The notes under the pieces were generated by a model. It did no database searches. It saw only the letters and a program-made list of their open reading frames with translations, and was not told the origin of the DNA. This document shows positions 13,460 through 26,400 of a stretch of 64,000 nt of DNA, piece by piece. The translations under genes and the position numbers were made by a program. Each line of letters begins with the position of its first letter. Position 1 is the first letter of the stretch. Source of the DNA: Ramazzottius varieornatus (lineage: Eukaryota > Animalia > Tardigrada). Location: NCBI GenBank assembly GCA_001949185.1, contig BDGG01000001.1:8465067-8529066 (forward strand), in the 5' to 3' direction.

Positions 13460-14707
13460 GCGTCGAGCCCAGAATATCGAAGGCGAGTCTTGATGCCTGT
13501 CGAGTGGTTCAGCGGTGATACGCAGCCCTCGCTTGCCGAGTCTGTGCGGCGAACAGGCATCTTGAGTTCGATTCGCGTTTGGAGCGATTTTCCACTTCAA
13601 CGGTCAGACGGCAAGATCCACATCCATTTCAACGGCTGAACTGTACGGATCAAGTAATCAAGCGATGGAACATCTCGGGATCGTCAAGCCAGGCAGGCGG
13701 CTGCGTCCAACCGGAGGCGTACGCTTGCGCGGATCAAGGCATTAGAGGAACACGTACTTGATCTGGACTATGACGCTGTTGCGGAACAAGACCCGCGCGG
13801 GTACTGGTTAGTCCAGCGGAATCGGCTACCGAAGTTGTTTCGGCTCGCCATGGATATCTTTGTCGTGCAAACGTCCTCAGCTGCTGTTGAACGGGTTTTT
13901 CCTACCGTGTATTAGTTGTCCACTGGACGCCGGAACCAACTTGCAGCAAGCCGTTTAGAGGAAGAAGTCTTCATACAGAGAAGTTTCAACCATTTGCCGG
14001 AGGCTGCATGAATTGCTGCTCGGTACAACTTTGATACTATACTTGCCTGTGATTACTTCCCGGTATGCGCACCCTGGGGAAATAGTAGTGCAACTTGCAA
14101 CCGACACAAAGTTGTTCTGATTTCGTGATTGTAGCCGTAGCAGCGAGAGTTCGCTAAGAGTCGAAAATCAATTCCGACTTTGGAATCGTGTTCCTCAGTT
14201 CTACTTGATGCATGAGACACATTTGGATCCTTCCTCAGAATACCCGGAACTTCATACGTGCTTCCTGAACAATTTGGACAGACAGCCTTCGGACGCATTC
14301 TCGTATGGAGATATCCATATATCCACCTTGTCTTTCCCCATTTTAGTTATCCAGAAAATTCTATCATCACCATAAAAGATTTTGTGAGGACGAAAATTTT
14401 CAGAGGACTGATATAAAGACTAAATTTCGGGGATTAAAACTGATATGGTTCAAGATTCAGTTTCAGTCTGGAAACTGAAACTCAAATTGTACAGACTAGA
14501 GTGGTCGTCGAAGGACTGAAACTAGATGTCAAGGGACAGAATCGTTTTCGTCCAGACTGAAACTGATATCTTGAGGGACTGAATCATATCAGTCTGAGTG
14601 AGATTGATGTACCGCGAGACTAAAACAAGTTCAGTCCGACGAGACTGATATACCGTGAAACTGAAATGATTTCGGTCCGAAGAAAACTGAAACTAAATAC
14701 AACACTG
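13460..14707 (+). mobile_element. 3' part of a hAT transposon (C-terminal dimerization domain, subterminal repeats, right end)
   Basis: DPRGYWLVQRNRLPKLFRLAMDIFVVQTSSAAVERVF..RRNQL at about 13790-14010; (g)actgaaact repeats 14400-14700; ends aacactg (CAGTGTT terminus). Confidence 0.8.
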
Positions 14708-15194
14708 GCCTACATCTCCTACTATTGTACATTCGACTACTTTCGGAACTTTCAAGAACTACGTGGAAAAACTGAATTTACCAAATTTCAAGGTGTAGAA
14801 ACAACATCGATGCTGTCTTGCTTGTTCAAGAAGAACACGTCAGAAAGTTTGTTTCTCATTGACGCTACTTTTTCTTCGGCGCTCTTGCCACATCTTTCCA
14901 GGTTTGCTCATGCGGCGCTAAGTGCTGCTAGCATTCAAACAAAAAAGAGGTCGGTATTATTATGGTAGCGGAGACCGTCGGTGGCGGTGCAAACATCGTA
15001 CTGTCCCAGCAGTGTTGTGAGAGTCTGATTTTCGGCCGCTAAACACTTTCTATGGTTGACGAAAAACCTTGGAGCGATTGGTAGACAGCGGCATCGATCG
15101 ACCGATTGTTCCATATTTGGGTTCAAAAAACGCCAATGACTTGCTCGAGCTACCGGACGTCCATCCGTTGTGGAAAGGTGCGGCTGTGTTTATG

Positions 15195-16257
15195 TAACAA
15201 CCGTATCTGCCATAATGCGATATGCGATGCATTGCGAATACGGTCAACCGTATCTGCGATGTTGTGTGTACTGACGCGCCGCTATACGGGTATAATAAAG
15301 CGACGAGCACCCACTGACTAAGACCACGTACAAAAAAATGGGCAATATACCTGCAGTTCCGAAATGTGACAGCGCACTTTAGGATGAATGTCGTCTTGTG
15401 CAATAAGTACGTGGAATTTCGTTCCCATACGTTGGGAGAATATTGGTCGTGTCGAAAAATAATTACTTGACTGATAAACACACCAGAAGAACAGATTATT
15501 CAAGAAAAACGACAGTGAGATCGGGGAGTTTGGTCCTGTGGAATCCTGTCTGCCCAAGCGGCACTCACGTCGGTTTCACATAGTAAAGCGATGGTGATTA
15601 TAGCACAATGTTGGGAGAATAGCAAAACAACGCTGTTTACAATAAAACAGAAAATTCAAATGCAAATACAGTGGAAAAACCACAACAGCGACTCACAGCG
15701 GCTTACTCCAAAACCACAACAATGAATCACTGTTCCTGTAACACTTTGTCCGATAGAACCATTTGAGTGGAAACTGTATTTAAAGGAATGCCGTTGGCCG
15801 ACATGGTCGAGCAATCCAGCTTTACAATCTCAAAGTCGGGGTGAACGTCGAAGAAAAATTCTTTGCATTTGCTCCCACGGTTTTGCATTTCTAGTCCAAC
15901 TGACGCCGCGCTTAAAACGGTTAATTGATGGTAAAATGCGCCGCTTTACATGACATTTCAACTTCAGTCGACCAGACGGCAGTACTTACACTTTCCCAAT
16001 CCAATGGCGCACGATATAGATACACCACTGTACGCACTGTAAGGTGTGCCGCATCGCACATCCGGTCGTCCTAAACTGCGATGTTCGCAATTTCACGATA
16101 TGGCGCACGGGACGCTGTTGAACGCATGTTAAGTGCGCCACATCGCAGATACTGTTGGCCGGAACTGCGGTGCTCACACATCGCAGTTTCCGGCGTGAAA
16201 GTACGAGCCGTACCTGCGATGCATCGCACATCGCACCATCGCAAATACTGTTATCCC
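15195..16257. mobile_element. Non-autonomous DNA element with degenerate tgcgat-rich inverted ends
   Basis: cggtcaaccgtatctgcgatg (15241) versus catcgcagatactgttggccg (16141); 15195-15245 matches the reverse complement of 16205-16257. Confidence 0.6.
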
Positions 16258-17022
16258 AGGTATGTGACAATCAGGCCATCGAAAAGCTTAGCACAAAAGA
16301 CAGAATTCTTACTGGCGTCTGAAATCGACTTTCGGAACAGCTAAATGGCATTTCGTGTAGCCCTGTTTTTCTACTGTCGAATTTCCACTAGCACAGCTCC
16401 AAAAGTGAAATTTTATCGTACGTACAACGGTTGTCGAAAATTCCATACTAAGTCAGCTGTGACTGAAAAAAACTGTTTTACTCGCCGAACGTAGTGGCTG
16501 CAACGTCTCACAATAGCATTTTCGAATCCTTTGTAGGTTTCAGATCGCCGTTTGGTTCTATCCCCGCTCGGGATTCTTCCCAAGAGCATGTTCAGACATC
16601 TCGTAGTCCGGTTTCCATAATGATGGTTCTGCGCAATAGCTGCGTGGCCCGTTGCCTTTTCGACTACCTGCTCAAAGCTAGGCAATTGCTTAAGCCATTG
16701 CGTGAAGCTGTCGATGCAGATACTGGCGTATCTCTTGCCTCAGATTTTCTTTCTCAGTGAGTAAGCACTATCAATCGTATGTTGTCTGCTCCCTTATTGG
16801 GCAACAACCTCATTTATGCGGAGACAAGCTTCCGAAAACAGGCCTCATTTCCTTGTTTAACCCCCATGCTCGCCACTTAATTGATTGAACCGGCGATGCG
16901 ATGGTCACGTGAGCAGAAAGTACAAGGAGTGCTCTACAAGATGCTGTTTGGATCATCGGGACCGGACAACGGGATCACAAGATACAGGGAACCGAAGGAG
17001 GACCATGGGGCAGCGATGACCA

Positions 17023-19270
17023 TTGGGCGTGACTGTATTTAAAACCAAACCAGAACCACTTTATGCTGGAAATGTCCTTCAAAAGCTGTCTATTTCGACT
17101 GTCTTTCTGTTAACAGGACTCGTTTTCCACTTCATCTGCTATGCGTATGGCTCATCATATTCTTCGACTTTCAGTGAAACAGTTGGTCAATGGTCATGGT
17201 CATCCGCGGAAACATCTGACTTAGCCACTGTTGTCTCTGCTTATTATCAGGTGCGGAAGTATGACTTGTTACTCCTCCGACGAAAATTTTCAAAAATTTC
17301 TCCTGACTTCGAACCTCGGAAATTTTGATCAGGTTATCCACCCATACCAGCAGGATACTTCATTCACTTTTTTGGTGTCGTTTTCGTGCCATTTGCTGTA
17401 GCTGTATGGGGGAAGATGAAAGATAAACTCTCCGCACCCTTTTTTTTGCAGCCTCTCTGGAGAAAATTTTTCTTTCTCACTGGAGGTTTGCGATATGGTG
17501 ATGGTCCGTTAGGATCGAATCCCGACTTCTTGGTGTCTGAAGGAGAGTTTCCCCTTTCACCTCCTGCAGTTTTGCAGAAGCGTTTTGGTCGGTGTGCACT
17601 CTAGAGCTAACTTGCAACAGTATTGCGTTGAGTTAACTGAATAATTTCGTTCAGTGAACGACAGTCTTTTTTAACATTCTTACCCGTTCCAGAGAGGTCT
17701 AGTTCACAGCTATCGCTATGCTGGGTAGAACGATTTTATGGCGCTCTACATTATAAGATAGCAACCAGACAGTAACCGTAGTTTGCCTTTGGTGCCGCTC
17801 ACGACTCGATATTTTCTGCGGCACTTCCGCTGTTTCGAGACATTCCAGTTTTTGCTTCAAAATGTCTTACAAAGTCCATTTGTTGTCACCGGTAAAAATG
17901 TGACCTGGGGGTCGGTTCGCTGTCATTCAGGAACTTGAGGTTACGGAAAGCCAAATTCTGCGTTCATCGTAAGGTGCGCGAGGTAAACGGGGAATTCGAT
18001 TCCACAAGTGTTTTGTCTTCCCGTTTTGTCCGGATGTCCAGCAAAGATTTAGTTAGACACCTTAGAGTCTCGTAAAGATTTTACCAGAGTTCGGGTAGAA
18101 TCGGATTCAACAGACTCCCCGAGTATCTTATTGTCCAACGGCAGTTTCGGTCTTCCGTAAGGGTGACTTCCGACCTGAAAATCTCCAGAGCTGAGAAGAA
18201 TTACCCAACCTCAGCGATTTAACTAATAGCTTCTTTATCAAGAGAAACAAAGCATGTCTTCGCGCCTGTGTGGGATGCGTTGAAGCCTTGAGAAAATTCG
18301 AACAGATGAATCACTTAAAATTCTTGCTATCCATGATTCCGAAAAAAATATTCCTGCCCTACCCCGAAGCTGAAAAACTTGGGTTAATGGAACGCCAAAC
18401 GATAGCCAGGAGTTAACAGAGTGACTGGGGAAAAGGCACAGGACAAAAAGACAAGGGGGAGTGTAACTATGAAATTTTGAAGTTAGCGGTTTCAAGGAGT
18501 AACAAGTCATACTTACGCACCTTGTAATTATCAGATCGACTCCAAGTTTCCGCCACGGAGATATAAAGAATGGATGAAGAACTTCCTGCCAATTATACCT
18601 TACTCTGTGTATTTTATCAAGACAACCAGAAATCAGCAATATTGGGCTCGACGCGAACTGCATTGCTCCTCTTGAAACGTAGGTGGATGTTCGTGAACTA
18701 CAAACCCTCGATGGCGAAAAGAAAAAGATCTTTTGGATCGAACAACGCTCTCGTGATCCCCAGAACGGAGTAAACAGGGACTATCGCTGTTCATAATATG
18801 GTATGTAAAAACCAGATTTGTCATAGCTCTCGAACAGAGCAAGTTTCCATCGGTGCGATATTGAGTTGTTCCGTTCGCTGGAGGAATCCTTGGCGCTAAG
18901 GTCGTTCCCAAACGCATCAGTATTGAAGAGAATGGACAAGAATAAGATAAATCTGTTGGCAGTTGGTGGACCTATCGCACAGCCTGAACATGCACACCTG
19001 ATGGCCTCCCGGTCCAAGACTTTGCCAACGGACATAATCGAGTTGGTGGTGGTACAGTATATTTGCAGGCCACAAGAAAGCTTGGGCAAAATGGAACAAT
19101 ATATTTTACAGCGTGGCCGACCGACTGGTGTCTGCTGGCCGATTCATTAGAGACGACCAGGCTGTCTTAGCTAGTGTTGTGATAGTGCATCCAGAACTAG
19201 TGAAGCTCATTTACCTTCGGCCGTATTTTAATAATACCGGAGATCCATGGTTCTACCATTGCCAAAGTAT
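17023..19270 (+). pseudogene. HtrL/YibB-like protein gene with N-terminal membrane anchor, frameshifted
   Basis: Joined reading TVVSAYYQ|IDSKF..YKEWMKNFL..IIWYVKTRFV..CDIELFR..FAGHKKAW..FIRDDQAVLA..DPWFY matches my recollection of the HtrL_YibB pattern; several frameshifts after 18600. Confidence 0.7.
17251..18534. mobile_element. TIR element forming a GT..AG intron in the HtrL-like gene
   Basis: 26-bp TIRs with 1 mismatch (17251-17276, 18495-18520); 8-bp direct repeat attatcag at 17243-17250 and 18527-18534. Confidence 0.8.
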
Positions 19271-21170
19271 TGTTGTAAAAGTGGCAAATCAATCAATCGA
19301 CAATCCTGGCGGGGTCTTAAGGCGGTACAATCAAAGGCCTTGATTAGTACTTTACTGAAATTACAGCCCAACATTCAGTTATCTCGCGCTCCGCGTCCCA
19401 TCCTGGAAGCTCTGTCACAAAAGTACAATCAAAGAGTACGTGTGAGTCATGGTTGTTTTACGCTACTCTGAGCTTTGCGCACTCGGTGACTACGCCAGTA
19501 ATCAACCGACACAAAACCTTAGTAGTTGAACTGCCGATAGGTTCACCTCTCCCCTAGTTTAATTTGATTACCGCTGATTGGGAACTTGTTATAGATGACA
19601 CAATGCTAGAATGGTGAATGATATTGAAGGAAACTAGAAGCGCATTGGTATGGTGATGGTATCACGCAAGGGTGCGAAATTGTTTTTAGAAAAAGTGAGC
19701 ATTTAGGCGCCAGTCAAGAACTGGGAATGGCCTTCCTGCTGTTAACTCCGGATACTGAAGAGGACTTCTGAAGCCCGGAGTCATCAGGCTCAAACTCTTT
19801 TTCCGCCTCATACGTGCCTAGTTAACAACAAGAATCATTGATGCATTTGACGGCGATCTTTGGAGTAAAAAGTTGCAACTACTGGTGTCTTCAGAGAGTA
19901 TCGCGGAGTGATGGAGCAGGATAGCTGCGGTACAGCGACAACGAAGACGTTGTCGCAGTAGTTGTCAACAGCATAACGCTCAGGAGGGTGCATGGTCTGT
20001 CACTGGCACGGAAGCCAACGGGACAAGTACAAAGAGGTTTGAACTAGAATCGCAGAACAAACATGTGTGATGCGCTGCGATCGGCAGTGCGATAGGCATT
20101 GTGAACGAGAAATTTCATCTTTAAACTTTTACCAACTTATCTAAAATTCATACGCGTACGTCACAAGTAGGACAAATACCTGCTTCTGTTATTCACGAAT
20201 GGGAACTAAGCGAACAAACGTGCAGGATTACAGCAGAAAAACACCCACGAGCTGTTTTCGGCTTCCGGTAGCAAAACTCCATCTCGACCAATCTCATTTC
20301 TTAACCGGTCAACTGATAGGCTGCTCTCTAGGCTGTCGATTGCGTGTAACTGTTCTGAGCGGTACTTCCCAGAGGTCTCAGGGGAAGTAAAACAAAACAC
20401 ACATCATTTCTCGACCAATAACAGCCATTTAATTTGGATACTTTTGACTGAAGAGTGGAACCAGATTACAATACCGAACACTTCTTATTAGACAACTACT
20501 TGGTCAAACTCACAAATAAAATTTAGCCTGAAGATTATCGTTCTGCTTTCCTCAAAAAACAAAAAACGCAAAGAAGACTGAATTCCTATTTGCTGCAGTT
20601 TGAGCTGAAGTGCCGTAAATCCTAGAACGGAACGAAATTTTCAACAAAAATTCCTTCCCAAGGCCAACACACTTGTAAGTACTGTAACATAGCATCAGCG
20701 GAGTCTATCTGAAGCTTTTGTTTAGAGGCATATGGATTTTGGCTTCTGAAATGAGGCGGTTTAAACCGCAATCTTTGTGGAACTTGCTGATCGTTGCTGG
20801 ACACTGAAACAACCTAGGGATCAAATCTGGAGGTGAGGAGACAGCTGTCGATTTTTCCGTAGGGTTTCGAAAACGATCCAAAGAGTCAGAATCAACCCGT
20901 ATTTGCCGAGATTGCAATTGTGCAAACAGTCGGAAGCTAAAACTCCAAGTTAAATTCTACAGGTAGCGCTGCCCACCGCGGCGCCAGACTATAACCAGCT
21001 GGCGAGTGAGCAAAATTTAGCAAATTTTTAGCCAGTTAGCGTTCGCGATTCACCTTAGGTCTTGATTCGATGACTTAGGACAAAATCTCTGCATGTTCTG
21101 GTAACAGTCATGGTTTTCTTCTCGTAGCATGGACAGATCCGACTTCCATTTTCAGAATGTAGCCAGAACC

Positions 21171-22260
21171 TCATATACAGTTTTCAGAGAGAAGGAAGGA
21201 AGATCGGCTGTAACGACCGCCACTGAACTTGCAACTCAAACCATACTGACCATACTGGTCCACACTAGCACCGCAGTGGCAGATGTGAGGACGACACACC
21301 TTGGCGCTCAGATGAATGCCAACGCTGACACGGAGGGCGTTGTTGTCGAGGAGGTTGCCCAACGAGGAAGAGGGAAGCGCATGCAGCCAAAACCCGGAAT
21401 TCATGTCTGAAACGGCAGACCTCTGGCTTTATTGTTATCTGAAGTGGAAGCTACGAGGTTTCAGTGGATCTCTTTGAGGAGGCATGTCCCAGGCCTTCTG
21501 CTGGTGGCGTAGATCAGGGAAAGATGTCGAGCACCAGTTGGCGTACGGAATGGATCGATGCCAGGAAGGCAGGAAGCGCGATCTTCTCCACGCGACGGAT
21601 GCCTACTCCACTCAGACCAACTGGGAGTGTTGCTCGTCGCCATGGACCAGAAGTCATCTCGACGTTGGTAATTTTCGCCAGACTCGTTCGAACCACCTCG
21701 TCGAATTCCTGTAGCGCCCACGGAACCTTCCAGATAGAAGAGCACCGCAGAATGTAGAGAAGAGGGCCTGGTGGGCAAACAGCAAGTTAATGTTTAAGTG
21801 AACCAGCTTGATCATACTTGCTGCTGTTCAAACAGCTACCTTCAGGCCCTTTTCGGTCAGCGGTGCTTTCGAAAAGCTCAAGTCAGTCCCGGAGGGGATA
21901 CCAGGGCATGAAATCGCTGCTGCGTCCTCGTTGGCGTGACGCTGTTGAAGCGAGCCTCCAAACGCGAACAGCTCACACTTGGTTGGGTTCAGCTCCAGGC
22001 CTAACTTCTTCCCGTCCTCGATCACCACCTGTGACTCAGACAATATGAGCCCAATCTTACCACAAATGGTTCCGTCATCGAGATACCACACGGTTAGCGG
22101 CGACTCGAGGCTCTTTGTAAGGCTTTCAATGACGGGGCAGAAGAACATTGGTCCTGGCGAATCACTCTGCCGAATACCTCTGGCGGACTTAAGGGTGCAT
22201 TGGCCAAAGAGAAGTTTCGAATGATGTCTGTAGAACTTCCAGATACACGGGTAGTAGCTT
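21171..22260 (-). pseudogene. CRE-clade-like (RLE) non-LTR retrotransposon RT and zinc-knuckle remnant
   Basis: WYLDDGT, GLELNPTKCE, ATLPVGLSGVGIR..LPAFLAS, C-x-CG..D..G..GLSC motifs. Confidence 0.85.
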
Positions 22261-24333
22261 GGCTTTAAAAAAGTGTAATCTTGGTACTCCCAATAAGACT
22301 TTAGAGTTCAGCCGCTGGAAAAATAATCTAGAGCCCCCACCTCACAAGAAATTCCTGGAAAACGCGTAAAAATCCGTCGGACCAGACCATGTGGCCAGGG
22401 AAGCCTGAAAAAAATCTCACAATTCAGCTTGCCCCCTCCTAATACCAGGTTTCCCCAAGCTGGACCCCCGCCACGAATCTGAACCCCTGTGTTGAATTGC
22501 CCTGGAATCTCGTGCATCGAGGGTCGCTTTTACCATTGCGGGCCAGAAAATTTCATGGACAGCGGGTCCACAAGGAGACTGGCTAAAGCGCGCTCGCTCC
22601 CGAAAATATTCCTACGAAGTTTTCCCAAATGGGTTCTACCGGTATGGGAAAATTTTGCACGAATGTTTCGGGAGATCTCTTTTACCGCTGTTCATACGAC
22701 CGAGTTCAAGCTTTTAAGCTTTTATACGACCGAGTGAAAGCATAAGTGATCAGTGTTCTAGCTCTAATCAGTGGATTAATCAAACCGAGCGACATTGGAC
22801 TAGCTCTAAAACGAAAACAGCACACAAAGGTTGACAAGTTTCCATCAGAACGGTTCTTTTTTATGATGGGCCGTTTAACAAAAACATCCGAAAACTGACG
22901 CAAACCAAAACAGAACTGCCGATAGACCAAACCCGCAGTTAGAACAGCGAATCTCGCAAATCTCTGTCAGCCAGCTCCACCAGAAAAAATTAGTGGTTTC
23001 GAAAGATATGACACTAACACACACCGAGAATCAGAATTCCCATTTTCCTGCACGTTAATTGAGATGTAGAGTACAAACCCCACAGGTCCGAAGGAAAGAT
23101 CACTTTTTGAAAAGGTCGTTATACTTATTACCAGAGGTCGGCGCTTTTTACAAAACTTCGGCCTACTTATTACCTCTCCAATAGGATGATACGTGTGCCG
23201 GCTATACAAGTGCACTGTCACGGTTTTTGGCAACTTCAGAAACCTTCGATGCCTGCAAAGGCGATCATTGCTTCGGCCAATCTCCGCCTAATCCTCACCT
23301 AAGAATCGATGTTTCTTTCAAGTCGATGAGCAAAGTTGCAGAACAAATCTGCATAGTGCGTATCGAAGGGCCAGCAGCGATTCGTTAGACACTCTTGCTG
23401 CTTCTTGAACGGCACGCAGATTCGTGAAATTAATACAGCACTTATCAACTTGGCAGACTATGGACCGCATACATTGCATGGAATTGATGCGGGTAGCACG
23501 AGCGCCACGAAGCGAAGTGATTGACAAGCTGCTATTGGATCTTTCTGCGGAGGAGAGTGTATTCAGTTTGCTCGTTGATGTGTGAGCTGCGGGTTCCATT
23601 GTCAAAAGTGTCAAGAAGGTGCCTCTCAGCCAAGTTCGCACGAACTAGCTTCCGCCTAATGAGACCTGGTCTCGAATTGTAGCCCCAGCAACGGCGGGGG
23701 ATAGGGGAGCCGGCAACCTCTCGAGTAGGGTCTAGAAAGGCACTACATGAAACCAGTGGCCAAACCGAAAGCCGTGAAAGAGCAGCAGCGTACATAGGAT
23801 GCAGTCAGTTACAAACTAGAACGAGGAGTAAACCGGTGTGCCGTTGTCAGTTTTTAAACCGAATCCGGTTGCCTGCTTCGTGATCTAACCGTAAGTTTAC
23901 TTTAAAGTTGAAGTACGCTGACCAAGCGCAGTTTCGGCGTTCGTTGTCAAAATTTTGGCAGCAAGTTCTACGGATAAATGCTGTAATAAGCGTCGTTTGT
24001 GAGGCTTGCGGCAAAGGGGACGACAATTCCACCAATGCAAAATTTCTGTAAATATCTGGCGTGTGGTATTATGCATTCCTAGTTAGCCTGTAGCGATTAT
24101 TGCTGCATAAAGTTTCCAACATTAAAGACAGTCGCAAGATACTGCTACTAAATTCAATGGGAAATCTACTGGCGCCAGCTATACTGACGGTTACTGACAA
24201 CTTCTGAAGTTTCGAGACATGTCATAGCTCCTTGATTCCGATTCACCTTGTTTTCTTGAACCCCACCCATTTGTGCAGCAGTCCGTTTACTCAGCGGTAC
24301 AACGTTAACCAATGCACGCACTATTCACATCCA

Positions 24334-25730
24334 ATGGTCCTCATGAGAATATCGTTCCTCTTTAATTCTGCACGGAAGGGGAGATCACTCACTTTTATTC
24401 AAGGATGTCTTTCTGCTATTTTTGGCTTTATTCTTCTTATGACAATTCTAGCGTACCACCTCAACCTAGTGTACAGAGTGCGAATCGCTGAAGAGTCCTA
24501 CGAGCTGCTTGATCATGCCGCTCCCAATCTCCATACTCCCACGTGTTTACTTGGAGATTTACAAACCGCACGTCAGTTACCTGTCCTGAGGGTCGTCGTG
24601 GTATACTTTTCGATCTCTCAGAAGGACACCTACTTTGATCAAATCAAGTGGTCCATGCGAAGCCTGCTGGAGGTTGCGGAAACCGAACCGCCACTATGGC
24701 GCACCGATCTTATGATCTACATCGAGAACACAACTCTTCCGGAGCTGATCGACCTTGGGTGCAGCATGACGCCCCGTCAAAATGTTCTGGAACCTTTCAA
24801 ATGTATCCTTGTGCAGTACGCACGGATTCAGGATAGAGAGCTGGACATGAATTCCACAGGTACGAGTACTGTTCTTTATCGGTACTCTAGTGCCTTTGTC
24901 AGCGTGGACAATCATCTTTGTACACTGACTCCACTGCTTTCCCAGAGTACCAGCGGGATCTACAAGAACAAATGAAAGAGTACCCATTCATCGACTCCAT
25001 TTACGCCCTAGTGGAACACTCAGCAACCTATTCCAGTTATGACTACGTTATCCGCTCTGACCTGGACGTGTTCTTCACGCCGGCGTTCGCTCAGTGGATA
25101 CCCCCGAACTGCGCATTTATAACCGGCAACGGCGCATACAGCGACACCTTCAACATGCAGAAGCTGGCTCATGTCGCTAACTACAGCGGTATCCACTTTA
25201 ACGCTTCAGTGCAGAACATTGGCTCCACCTGGATCGGTCCACCGGGCTTAGTTGCGAAGGTGGCCGAGCGAACCGTGCATTGGATGGTGCACTTGAGCAA
25301 GATCGAGTTCTCGCCCAAACAGCGCACGTCAGCCTGGTGGGGTGGAGCCCCCTTGTGGATGGAATGGCACTATGGTGTTCTGCTGTTGTATGGAGGTCAC
25401 CTAGCTGTCAGCGAGATCCTCCAGTCAGGAAAACAGCATCCGTTCTCTAAGCTGGATCTCGACCATCCGACTACTTCACCTGCGAACTGTACGGTGGATG
25501 GACCCATTCATCTGCACGCTTACCAGAACGATGACTACTTCAGCAAATATATGTTCAAAGACCGGAAGTACAATGAGAGTCACCCTCTTCCTGCTTTTCT
25601 GAATAGCAGTCGATGCAGTGATTATGCTGGTTATATGGCATCAGAATCGTTGAGAATGACTTCCGCAGAGCTCGCCGATAGACTGCGAAAAGCAAAGGTC
25701 AACGCTAACTTCGTCAAGAACAACAATTGA
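24334..25730 (+). CDS. Type II membrane glycosyltransferase-like protein (DxD motif; resembles DUF7164 family), 2 exons, about 436 aa
   Basis: Exon 1 24334-24859; intron 24860-24945 (GTACGA..CTGAC..CCCAG); exon 2 24946-25730, open after splicing; N-terminal TM helix, YDYVIRSDLDVF, NIGSTW, WHYGVLLLYGGH, HLH..FSK. Confidence 0.85.
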
Positions 25731-25937
25731 GCTCAGCACAACTCATATACCCACATGCGGCAATGGACGGCCCGTTCGGATCAACTTACTACCACCTAAC
25801 CAATTCAGCCGCTGGCGACTGGGTTACCTTCAAACCTTGGAACTGATTTCCTTGGATTCATCAATCTTTATCTTTATCTTTATTATCAGCCTGAAATCCG
25901 CTCAGGACCGCTTGGTTCAGGATCGCTGACAGAAACG

Positions 25938-26400
25938 TGTCACAACTTTGCACCTGACGTCAGGTTATGGTCCGGTTACGGGATCGATCGAAAGAAACTA
26001 TCTGTTCTTTGGGGAAACATTTTCTGTTCTTCCGTGCACGGAGTTCTGGCGGTCGACTGATCTCCGATCAAGCGCGGCTGAGCGTTCTTCCTTGCTCCAG
26101 AATACCCCTACTACTGTAGCTATTGCTTTTCTTCGGTCAACCGACCACCTAGCAAACCATTCACTGGCGTTGCCGCCGGTATCCTCTGTGTTCGTTATTC
26201 CCTGTTTAGAGCCTGCCTTTAAGTTGTATTCAAGTTTAGACAGAAACATTCGGTCTGTTCCCGACTGGTCTTGTCCAAACTGAAGTGGTCTGGGCCGTAG
26301 GTTGCCCTGAGATAGTTGGCTTGTGACGATTAAACATAAATGTAGAAGTGTCTATCTGATCCCGCTTTGCCCTGTAACCTTCCCCTTTCTCTCTAGGTGA
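25938..26400 (-). mobile_element. Probable gypsy-type 3' LTR with polypurine tract
   Basis: Minus strand agagagaaagggga followed by (g)gttaca...gtgaca; upstream peptide ends VEDSPREKGE, like a pol terminus. Confidence 0.4.

Noticed and set aside
14400-14700. Spaced short repeats resembling a CRISPR-like array
   Set aside because: Irregular spacing and degenerate units; explained as hAT subterminal repeats in eukaryotic DNA
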